In this document: positions 12,027-20,400 of the stretch, piece by piece | Position numbering within the stretch: the first letter of the stretch is position 1 | Layout: each line of letters opens with the position of its first letter | NCBI GenBank assembly: GCA_019425005.1 | Contig: JAHYYK010000004.1 | Location: forward strand, 626-64,625 | Direction: 5' to 3' | Source: Collinsella sp. | GTDB lineage: Bacteria; Actinomycetota; Coriobacteriia; Coriobacteriales; Coriobacteriaceae | Length of the DNA: 64,000 nucleotides | The notes under the pieces: model-generated | Databases searched by the model: none | Told to the model about the DNA's origin: nothing | The model's input: only the letters and a program-made list of their open reading frames with translations | Translations under genes and position numbers: made by a program

Positions 12027-12243
12027 TCGCTCCACCTGCTTTCAGGCGGGCGGCATCGACCGCCTGCTCAGCGGCGGCGTAGATAGCGGCGCTGATTACG
12101 CCACACACAGTGCCGACGATAGCGACTGTCTCGTTACTTGTAGTGATGCCAGCGATGCTTGCGGCAATGCTGCCGAGAAAAGCAGCAGCGCAAAGCCAGA
12201 ACTTGCGGCTGGTAAGTTTGTGGATAACGTCTTCGGTAGTCAT
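12013..12243 (-). CDS. Holin (two TM helices)
   Basis: KLTSRKFW...IYAAAEQAVDAAR motif; directly upstream of the endolysin. Confidence 0.8.
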   Translation of the reverse strand: MTTEDVIHKLTSRKFWLCAAAFLGSIAASIAGITTSNETVAIVGTVCGVISAAIYAAAEQAVDAARLKAGGANDRD

Positions 12244-12247
12244 ATGG

Positions 12248-12553
12248 CTATCCCCTTTCCGCGCACACTGGCGCATTTAGGATTTCTTGGTAGTACTGCG
12301 TGCCAACCCCGTTGCCGCCGAGTGCGTGGTATGCCGTGTAGACCTGCTCGGTCTCGCGCTTGCGTACATCAGGGCAATAACCCTTCTCGACTGTGCGCTC
12401 GTGGATGTCGTAGAGCCTGCTGCGGAGCAGGGTTTTGGTGCCCTCCTGATTGGCGAGGATTAGGCTATAGAGCCGCTTCAGGGTCACCAGTACAGCCCCC
12501 AAAAGGGCGGCTACACACCACGACAGGGCCGAGTTGATGATTGCTGCGTCCAT
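12248..12553 (-). CDS. Holin-like lysis-module membrane protein
   Basis: N-terminal TM helix, LLRSRL and YHALGGNG motifs typical of phage lysis-cassette proteins. Confidence 0.7.
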   Translation of the reverse strand: MDAAIINSALSWCVAALLGAVLVTLKRLYSLILANQEGTKTLLRSRLYDIHERTVEKGYCPDVRKRETEQVYTAYHALGGNGVGTQYYQEILNAPVCAERG

Positions 12554-12600
12554 CGCATCACCTCCCTTCCACGGCAGTATCGAGTCACCGTCCCCCGCGC

Positions 12601-12625
12601 AAAAGAAAAGGCCCCTTTCGGGGCC
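12601..12625 (-). terminator. Rho-independent terminator between tail and lysis genes
   Basis: GGCCCC-GAAA-GGGGCC followed by TTTTCTTTT on the minus strand. Confidence 0.8.
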
Positions 12626-12629
12626 AGTT

Positions 12630-12755
12630 CTACTTGTCCAGTAGCTTTTTGACGGACGCACGCCAAATCACGCTTACGTCCTCCACCTTCCAAGGCTCAT
12701 TAGTCTTAGGGTTAATCGCCCCGTCCTTGATGAGCGTTGCGTAGATTGTTGCCAT
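12630..12755 (-). CDS. Small XkdX/CD1375-like tail-associated protein (41 aa)
   Basis: MATIYATLIKDGAINPKTNEPWKVEDVSVIWRASVKKLLDK; TAATG coupling with the upstream gene. Confidence 0.7.
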   Translation of the reverse strand: MATIYATLIKDGAINPKTNEPWKVEDVSVIWRASVKKLLDK

Positions 12756-13126
12756 TAGGCTCCACCTCCAACCGTTGCGATCATATTTCCAAGCTCGGCC
12801 ATGCCCTGAAAGACCGTCTCCAACTGCGAGCTGTTTTCGGCTGTGGCCTGCTCGACCGCACCGATGCGCTCGGCATCGCCAATGCCGTCAAGCTCATGCT
12901 CCGACCACAGGGCATCAAAGCAGCGTTCCACCTCATCGGCGGTCACGGTGCCCCACAGTGTGAAATGGAGCGTCTTGCCCGTATAGACCTCCACGGCGTC
13001 TCGTCCGTCTGGCCCACGGTCAACGGTATCGCGTTCGGCATCCTTGACGAGCCACACATGGGTGCGTCCGTCAAGATGCTCCACGTATACACGCTCGGGC
13101 TTGGGGCCGTAATAAGTCTCGACCAT
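12755..13126 (-). CDS. Putative tail fibre assembly chaperone-like protein
   Basis: 123 aa with a C-terminal coiled coil, followed by an XkdX-like gene; GGAGG Shine-Dalgarno. Confidence 0.55.
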   Translation of the reverse strand: MVETYYGPKPERVYVEHLDGRTHVWLVKDAERDTVDRGPDGRDAVEVYTGKTLHFTLWGTVTADEVERCFDALWSEHELDGIGDAERIGAVEQATAENSSQLETVFQGMAELGNMIATVGGGA

Positions 13127-13135
13127 GTAATCCTC

Positions 13136-14200
13136 CTAGCTGTAGGCTTTTGCCTGCGATAGTAACTGCGGGATACCCCGCGATTTGCACGTCCCGCGCG
13201 AGTCCGAGTGCTTCAGATAGCCCCACAGCGAACACGCGCGGCGAGCGATGCGCTCAGTAGGTCTGTGCGAGAACTTGCCGAATGCACGGACAGCGTGAAG
13301 GTAGATACGCTCGCGCAGTGCCACGTGGTCGCGCCACACGCGGAATCCTGCTATGTCGCACGGTTCCGCAACAGGACGCTTGCGCCCTTTTACAACCACG
13401 CACGGTTGATCGCAGCGGCACACCTTCCACGGTTTTAGCCTCAAGCCGAACTCGGCAACGCAGCGCTCTAGGCTTCGTGCCGCCATGCGCAGGTCACGTT
13501 TGGAATCGGCGAACAGATACACATCGTCCGCGTACCACAGCATCTTGCCGACTAGCGCATGGAACCGACCACGCCTGAGCTTGCCCAGCGACTCGATGTG
13601 GTGATATCCGAATGACAGCACGAGCTGAGCCAACCGCAGGCAAAGAAAGCTGCCGAGAATCAGGCAGCCGCCGTAGGTGGACAGAAGCGCCCCCACGAGG
13701 TAGAGCAGCCATTCGTAAGCAACGTAGCGCTCAAGGATACCCATCACCATATCGGTGCGCATACTCTCGTAGCAGTGGCGCACGTCCATGTGGACGAAGC
13801 GGCTGTGGCGCTGGATGTAGCGTTTGACGCGACGCTTGGCGGCTACGGCGCCCTTGCCCTTCGTGGAGCCGTATTGCTGCTTGCCGACCTTTGCGCGGAG
13901 CAGTGGCATGAGCGCAACCACGGCGATGTGATCACAGACCTGCTGCTTGACGCTCTCCACGGTGATATGGCGCACCTTGCCGCTCGTGCCGTCCATCTTG
14001 TCGTGTGAATGGAGCGCCCGGAACGTGAGTGAGCGGTCGCGTATCTCGCGCTCAATCTCGTCAAGTAGCGCTGCGGCGGTTCCGTACTCTTTGCGAACGC
14101 GCCACCCGTTCTTCTTTCCGCTCTCGCATGACTTCCAGTCGGCATAGCCGTCCTCTATCACTTGGCGCGTGAGTGCGAGCTTCTTGCAGTATCGTTTCAA
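13136..14200 (-). CDS. DGR reverse transcriptase
   Basis: GKVRHI, KGKG, MDVRHCY, YADD catalytic motif, DIAGF; adjacent to the TR/VR pair; start likely TTG at 14200 (alternative GTG at 14233). Confidence 0.93.
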   Translation of the reverse strand: MKRYCKKLALTRQVIEDGYADWKSCESGKKNGWRVRKEYGTAAALLDEIEREIRDRSLTFRALHSHDKMDGTSGKVRHITVESVKQQVCDHIAVVALMPLLRAKVGKQQYGSTKGKGAVAAKRRVKRYIQRHSRFVHMDVRHCYESMRTDMVMGILERYVAYEWLLYLVGALLSTYGGCLILGSFLCLRLAQLVLSFGYHHIESLGKLRRGRFHALVGKMLWYADDVYLFADSKRDLRMAARSLERCVAEFGLRLKPWKVCRCDQPCVVVKGRKRPVAEPCDIAGFRVWRDHVALRERIYLHAVRAFGKFSHRPTERIARRACSLWGYLKHSDSRGTCKSRGIPQLLSQAKAYS

Positions 14201-14362
14201 ATTAGACCCGTCTTCCGTATCTCTGGTTGGCACCCGAGCGGTCGCGCACAGCTACTGGCCCGGCGGTCTTTAGCCAAAATTTCACTTAGTTAAGCTGGGC
14301 TAGACCCGCTCATCGCCAAAATGACGGCGGCGGGAGGACACGGCGAATGAATGAGATACAAC

Positions 14363-14464
14363 CAGATAGACGAGAGCAGATGTTCCAGTTCGCCCTGTCG
14401 AGCCTGTTCCTGCCGTTGACATACCAAGGCCCTGAGTTAGAACCGTTCCTGAGGTTGCCAGAAG
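14363..14464 (-). repeat. DGR template repeat (TR)
   Basis: 102-bp ungapped match to 14583-14684; all 16 mismatches are adenines here on the minus strand; 7 AAC codons. Confidence 0.97.
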
Positions 14465-14509
14465 AAAACATCAGCCCACGTACCGTGAACCCCCAGTGGA
14501 AAGGGAAGA

Positions 14510-14553
14510 GAGGGGGCAAGCCCCCTCGTCAGCCCTTACGCGGCTTTCGCCGC
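14510..14553 (-). promoter_or_regulatory. Hairpins downstream of VR (candidate DGR homing/target-recognition elements)
   Basis: GCGGC-GAAA-GCCGC (14540-14553) and GAGGGGG-CTTG-CCCCCTC (14510-14527). Confidence 0.65.
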
Positions 14554-16293
14554 TTGGGCTTCCTCACCCCCGCGACCCGTGGCAGAGAGACGAGAGCAGA
14601 GGTCCCAGCTCGCCCCGTCGAGCCAGAACCAGCCGTTGACATACCAAGGCCCAGAGTAAGAACCGCCCCAGAGGAGGCCAGAAGTCAGATGCTCACGAAG
14701 CCCTTTATCCGTGGGCTTGGAGTTGTATACAGCATCGCACAGGCCGCCGTTCGAGCTGCCGCCCTTGCCCTGACCGACCAGCAGGCCGTGGGCATTGACA
14801 ATGGTGATTGGCCACGTGCCATCATCCACCATGCGCACACCTGTCTCGATAGCGCCGGGTGCGACCGCGCCCTTTTTCTCGTTACGCGTGTCGGGGTTAA
14901 CGATAAAGTAGAAGCCGTCACCGACCGACTGCTGCATAACACCATGCATGAGCTCATACACGCCGTACATCAGCTCCACGCCGCCAACCTTGCACGGCTC
15001 CTTGCCGCTCAGGTTGGAAGACGGCGAGCCGTCACCCTCCACCGCGTCAGTCACGCCAGTCCACCACGGCATGGTGGACAGCAGATAGGACGTGCCAGTA
15101 TCGAACGGAGTATCGCACTCGATGTTCAGCGCCACGGTACCGTCCGCGAGCGTTTCGTGGGAGACGATGCGCTTCATGTCGAACACGTCAAAATTCTTGG
15201 CGGTATTGCGGTCTGTGCCGACGCTCGCGCCCGAGTTGCCCGTGTCGTGGGTACCGAGCGACACGCACGAGCCGTCGAGGAACTTCGCGCCGTCGGCGGC
15301 GCTCACAACCACGCGCTTCACGCCAGTCTCGGCGAGCACAGGTGCCACTTGAACGTTGTAGTTGGAGCAGCCCGTGAACAGCTTCTGGAAGTTCTTCGTG
15401 CCATAGCGTGTGATGTAGCTGAACTTCACGTACCAATCGTCGTATACGCTCTTGAGCGAATAACCAGTGGTCGCGGTCTTTGCTTCGTCGATGCCGCTGT
15501 CGTGGCTCAGCTTTCGGACGTAGAGTGGTGCGCCGGACACGGAGCGCAAGTTGCCCTTTGCATCCTTGGACGCTCCGTACTTCGGCGTGAGCATGTAGGG
15601 GCGCAGGGTGCCGTCCGGCAAGAACGCCTGCGGGTTCGGCTCATAACCGCCCTTGCGCGTGTCGGAGTAGAACCACCAGATGTAATCGGGGTCAACATCG
15701 TCCACGAACTTATTCCAAATGACGTTCTTCAAGACGTATACGTTGTTTCCGTGCCCGTTGTCGGTAAGCGAGAATCGACCATCGCCCTCGATGCCGTCAA
15801 CGAAAGGAGCTCCATCGGGGTCAGCGCCGCCGCACACGTCCTCTTCCCAGTGAGGGCCTTTGCCCATCAAGGCGAACGGGTCAACGCACGGCGTGCCGAT
15901 CGTGCCCGGCACCGGTGCCGCGATGCCCTCTGCCGCGCCGATCTTGATGCAGTCGGTAATCATGCTCTTGGGAACCTTGATGCCGTAAATCTTGCCGTCG
16001 CGGTGGCTATGAGCGTATGCCGCCATGGTCTCGTTGGTGTAGCGCTGTTTTGCTTCGTCCCACGTGGGCTGCGGCGGGTTGCCGCGGGCTTCGGACGCGG
16101 CGGCGCGTGCATCTGCTGCGGCTTCGCGCGCCTCCTGTGCTGCCTTCTGAGGCTCGATACCCTGATTTGCAATGTCTTTCAGGTGCTCGACAACTTGCGA
16201 GCCGACATTGACGAGTTCCTTGCCCGTGGCATCGCTCATTAGCGGGTCTTCTACCACGACATAGTTCATGGCGTTAGCGTTCTCGTCAGCCAT
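14536..16293 (-). CDS. DGR target: tail fibre/receptor-binding protein with a C-terminal CLec-like variable region
   Basis: Follows the BppU-like gene; C-terminus SG..W.G..SGPWYVN...W...SRLS encoded by VR. Confidence 0.88.
   Translation of the reverse strand: MADENANAMNYVVVEDPLMSDATGKELVNVGSQVVEHLKDIANQGIEPQKAAQEAREAAADARAAASEARGNPPQPTWDEAKQRYTNETMAAYAHSHRDGKIYGIKVPKSMITDCIKIGAAEGIAAPVPGTIGTPCVDPFALMGKGPHWEEDVCGGADPDGAPFVDGIEGDGRFSLTDNGHGNNVYVLKNVIWNKFVDDVDPDYIWWFYSDTRKGGYEPNPQAFLPDGTLRPYMLTPKYGASKDAKGNLRSVSGAPLYVRKLSHDSGIDEAKTATTGYSLKSVYDDWYVKFSYITRYGTKNFQKLFTGCSNYNVQVAPVLAETGVKRVVVSAADGAKFLDGSCVSLGTHDTGNSGASVGTDRNTAKNFDVFDMKRIVSHETLADGTVALNIECDTPFDTGTSYLLSTMPWWTGVTDAVEGDGSPSSNLSGKEPCKVGGVELMYGVYELMHGVMQQSVGDGFYFIVNPDTRNEKKGAVAPGAIETGVRMVDDGTWPITIVNAHGLLVGQGKGGSSNGGLCDAVYNSKPTDKGLREHLTSGLLWGGSYSGPWYVNGWFWLDGASWDLCSRLSATGRGGEEAQAAKAA
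14583..14684 (-). repeat. DGR variable repeat (VR)
   Basis: Copy of TR at an exact 220-bp offset with only A-to-N substitutions; lies at the 3' end of the target gene. Confidence 0.97.
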
Positions 16294-16939
16294 TTGTTAC
16301 CTCTTTCTTGATTCGTTGGCAGATTCGACCATTGACGTTGACTAGTCCAAGCACAAGTAAATCTTTGGCGGAATTAGTGACAGACGTGCAATCAGATGCC
16401 GCTTTCTCGGCTGCACTGGTGGCTTTTTTGCTTTTATCAACCGCAGCATTAAAGTCCTGCTCGCGTTTCTTCTCAGCAGTGTCGAATTTTGTCTGCTGTT
16501 CATTTAGAGACGCGAGAATCTCCTGAAGAGCTTTAAGGGCATCGCCCTCGTCAGTCTCAGGGCTGACGTTGATGATCGACTGGTCGACCGACGCCCTGAA
16601 TGTACGCGAGCAGAGAACATCGGTTCCCTGGCAAAACTGGATGGCAAAAGTCGCGTATTCAGATCTAAGGACACTGCCGGGGGCCGCACAAGACCAGGCA
16701 GCAGTGCCATATCCGTCGACCTTCTCCATTGTTTTAAACCAGCCGGAGCTTTGACCGGCAACTCTGTATGCGAGCCTTGCCGTGATGCTGCCCACATTGA
16801 GTACTGGATTGCCGTTGTCAGTGAGTTTGACAACAATCGTTCGACCGTTGATGTCGCCTCCTGACAAGATGATTGGTGCAATGTAATCATTCACCGTGTC
16901 AATCTCGATTACGATGCGGCGGAAGTTATCTAGAGCCAT
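16286..16939 (-). CDS. BppU-like baseplate upper protein
   Basis: GDINGRTIVVKLTDNG N-terminal motif and C-terminal coiled coil. Confidence 0.7.
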   Translation of the reverse strand: MALDNFRRIVIEIDTVNDYIAPIILSGGDINGRTIVVKLTDNGNPVLNVGSITARLAYRVAGQSSGWFKTMEKVDGYGTAAWSCAAPGSVLRSEYATFAIQFCQGTDVLCSRTFRASVDQSIINVSPETDEGDALKALQEILASLNEQQTKFDTAEKKREQDFNAAVDKSKKATSAAEKAASDCTSVTNSAKDLLVLGLVNVNGRICQRIKKEVTNG

Positions 16940-17047
16940 CTTGACCCCCCTTAATTGCTTGCCGTGGTCAATAATCTGGCAGTCGTACCCCGCCAGATCA
17001 GCCTTGGTCTCGCTCGAACATCCAGCCAGCCCCTATCTGGTGACTGA

Positions 17048-17440
17048 TCATTCGGTCGCTTCCAACGCCTTGAGCGCGGCGAGCGCAGCCCTGAAGGCCT
17101 CCACGGGGTCAATCTGCGCGACTTCCTCCCCCGTCTCGTCGGCCGTGGCCGGCTGAGGGTCGACGATGGCCGAGAGCGCGTCGAAGCACGCGACCGTGGC
17201 AGCAGTGCGCTTGTCGACGTAGGTTGGCTGCACGAACACGAAGTCCTTGCCCTGCGAAGACGGCTCCGACACCTCCGACGCCTTGACAACCTTGCGCGTC
17301 CCATCGCTCATGACGGCGATGAATACCATGCCGTTCTTCTCAGCCTCGGCAAGCGCTTCCGCGTCGTAGCAGGTCAACTGCCCCTCGACGTTGCCAACAG
17401 GGTCATGCGCCATGTAGTCGACGATGTATGCCATTTGCAT
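17048..17440 (-). CDS. Hypothetical phage tail-region protein
   Basis: 130-aa ORF with a Shine-Dalgarno sequence, between tail genes. Confidence 0.65.
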   Translation of the reverse strand: MQMAYIVDYMAHDPVGNVEGQLTCYDAEALAEAEKNGMVFIAVMSDGTRKVVKASEVSEPSSQGKDFVFVQPTYVDKRTAATVACFDALSAIVDPQPATADETGEEVAQIDPVEAFRAALAALKALEATE

Positions 17441-17446
17441 TCCTCT

Positions 17447-20400
17447 CTATCCAGTCGTTCCGACCGTTGAATACGATGTGAAGAGACCGTTGATCGTGTT
17501 TATAACGAAGGTCCCGTAATGCCATCCGACCGTGCCGTCGTGATTGTCGTGCACCTCTGAGACCAAGGGTTGAGACACGGAGCCGGTTCGTCCGTAGGTC
17601 GTGGTAACGTTGCAGTCGGACGTCGCCGCGGTGGAGATGATTGGAGATGATATGCGAACACTTCCCTGCGCCTGCATCTGGATTCCGTAATAGACGGCCC
17701 CCGTGTCCGTGTCGCGCATCGACGCCGTGTAGTCGATGTATCCGACTTTTGTCGGGGTGCTTCCATTGGTGGTGCGGTAACCGGCGAGCTCGCCCGCCGA
17801 TGTGAGCATGGTGTACCAATTCGTGTAGCCGCACTTGAACGTCCCGTTTGCCGTGATGTTGTTGGCGGTCATGTAGTTTGTCTTGAGCGTACCGGTGGTG
17901 AGGTTCCAGCTGTTTCGACCTAGCTTGTCGGCTATGGTGCCGGTGGCCATGTACGAGGCGTTGATGTACACCATGTCGTTCTGCATGTAGATGCCCTGCT
18001 CGGTGCCGCCTTTCGTCAGGCGGTCGAACATCTCCTTCTGGTCCATCTGCTCGTCGTAGGCGCTCAGGATGCCGTCGGCGTAGTCCGATGCGTTCTTCTG
18101 CTCGATGGCGTGGCGCGCCCCGGTCGCGGCATCGGCATAGTCCTTGACCGCACTCGAGTAGGCTCCGTATGCGGCGTCGTACTCGTACATGGCGGCCTTG
18201 AGCTCCTCGGCGGTCTTGCACTTGAGCACCTTGTCGACCTTGTCGGCGTAGGCGCCGTACGTGCCGCCCTCGTTGGTCGTGCCGAAGGCCTTGGCGTAGC
18301 GCGGGCCGAGCACCGCAGCGACGAACTGGGTGCTCAGCGCCTTGTTTGACTTCAGCGCGTTGAATTGGCTCGTCGCCTCCTCGCGCTCCTTATCGACGCC
18401 CTGCTTGGCCTTCCTGACCGCCGCCGCCTCGGCTTCGGTCACCACACCGTCTTTGGCGAGGTCCTGCACCGTCGTGTCGAGGCCATTGAGCGAGCCCGTT
18501 AGGTCATGTGCGCTCTGATAGGCCTTGTTGTACGCCGCCTCGAGGACCGGCGCTGTATGGGTCACGGAGCCATCGCCGTATGTGACGCGGTCCATCGACC
18601 AAATGAAGTATCCGTTCGCCCATTGCGGAATGTCCTCAGACCACCCCAACTCAGGATTCTGGGCATTAATCGGCGGCACGCTGTCAGACTGATTCTTGGC
18701 ATAGAGCTTCACGCGCGAGACGATGGCGCTCCCGGCCATCTGGTTGGAGCCGTTGATGGCCTTGGCGAGGCACGGCGCGGTGTACGTGGTCGAGCCGTCT
18801 GTCCACGTGATTTTGCTGCGCGTCCAGATGTACTTGCCCTTCGCCCAAGCGGGCTGAGCCTCCGACCAGCTACCACCGGACTGCGCCGTGGAGCTCGTGG
18901 ACAGGTAGTACTGCTCCACGATGCCGCGCACGCCGGTGCCGGTCGAGCCCTTGTCGCCCTTCGCGCCATCAGTGCCGTCCCTGCCACTGATGCACACGGG
19001 CTCGCTGTACTCGATGTCTCCGGACTGCATCGTCGTCTTGGTGCGCGTCCAGATGTACTTGCCCGACACCCATTGCGGGGCGGTGGTCTGCCACCCGTCT
19101 TGCGGCTCGGTGACGCGTGATGTCCCCTGGGCGTACTCCACATCCACCGACGCGATGACGGCATCGGCGACAGCGATGTCCTTGCCGTCGAGTGTCGCGC
19201 CGGGGCCGAGGTGGAATTCGCTGGCATCGAGGTTCCAGTAATTTTTGCCGCTCTTGTCCTGAATCGTGCCCGCCTTGATGAGATTGGCGCTGATGGTACC
19301 GGAGACGATGGCATCGGCCACCAAGCCGTGGCCGTTGCCGAGCGTGCGGAAGTTCCACGTTCCGTCAGAATTCTTGCCGTCGGCGATGCGGAAGTAACCG
19401 CCACCGATCTGGATGCACATGGTCGGATTGGCATCCTCCGGCTTGTCGTAGACGAACAAGCCCTTGCCGGGCTTGATGTAGGTGTAGCCGCCGGTCTCGT
19501 TCATCACCTTGTTCAGGCCGTCGATTAGGCCGTCAAGGTAAGCGCTGCCGAGCGTGGCGGCGCTGTCCCAACTACCGGCGCTGCTCGTCAGACGGTCGAG
19601 GGTCTGCTGAACGCGATCGGAGCGCTTGATGATGCCCTCGATGACGTTGCCGACCTTCACGCTGGACGGCGAGCCGTCACCTAGCAGGTCTTCCACGATT
19701 TCCAGCACGCGACCGCTCAGGCGCAGCGGCTTGGGAAATGTGGTATCGACCATCTGTAGGTTGTCGCCGAGGTCGCAGGCGTTGGCATCGAATCCCGCGC
19801 GACCGAGGGCCTCAACCGTGCCCTCATAGCTCACGATGGGCTTCGAGCGCTCGGCTAGCGCCGCCCTGCCCTCGGCGAGAAGCGTCGCCTTGTCCTCGCA
19901 GTCTCCGTCCTCGAATATGCCCTCGGTGTGCATGAGCGACCCATCGGGACCGGGCACGCCCCAAATCTCGAGCAGTGAATCATCCTGGATATACTCTTTT
20001 CCGCCGTTGATGTCGGCGAATGTGATCTTGCGCGAGTAGCCGCCAGTGGCGTTGCCGTCATCATCGGTGGTCTGCACGCCCTTGCCGTAGCAGTACAGGC
20101 GCGTAACCACGTCATCTGCGGACAGCACTCGGTCGATACCGGACAGCCCGCTGCCATAATCGAGACGCAGCGCGGTACTGGCGCGACCCAAGCGCTTGAC
20201 CAGACGAACCGAGCGCTTAGCAATGGAGTTGCCGTCTGCCGACAACTCGATTACCGGCTCGACCTCCATCTTGTAGGCTTCGGCTATATCTTTGACGGAA
20301 GCCAGCGAGGACTGGTGGTAGACGCTGTATTCGCCGCTGCCCTCATCGCACTGGCCGACCGACCATCTGGTGCCATCCAGTGCTTTTGCGAGCGCCTGAG

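Noticed and set aside
13136..14233. RT as a group II intron, retron or Abi RT
   Set aside because: No maturase/endonuclease domain, intron structure or msr-msd seen; the adjacent A-specific TR/VR pair identifies a DGR
14310..14519. 69-aa ORF spanning TR
   Set aside because: An open frame is expected from the stop-free TR; probably non-coding template RNA rather than an accessory protein
17447..17600. Second DGR target at the end of the tail spike or elsewhere
   Set aside because: No further TR-like sequence found by eye in this window; a computational scan is still needed
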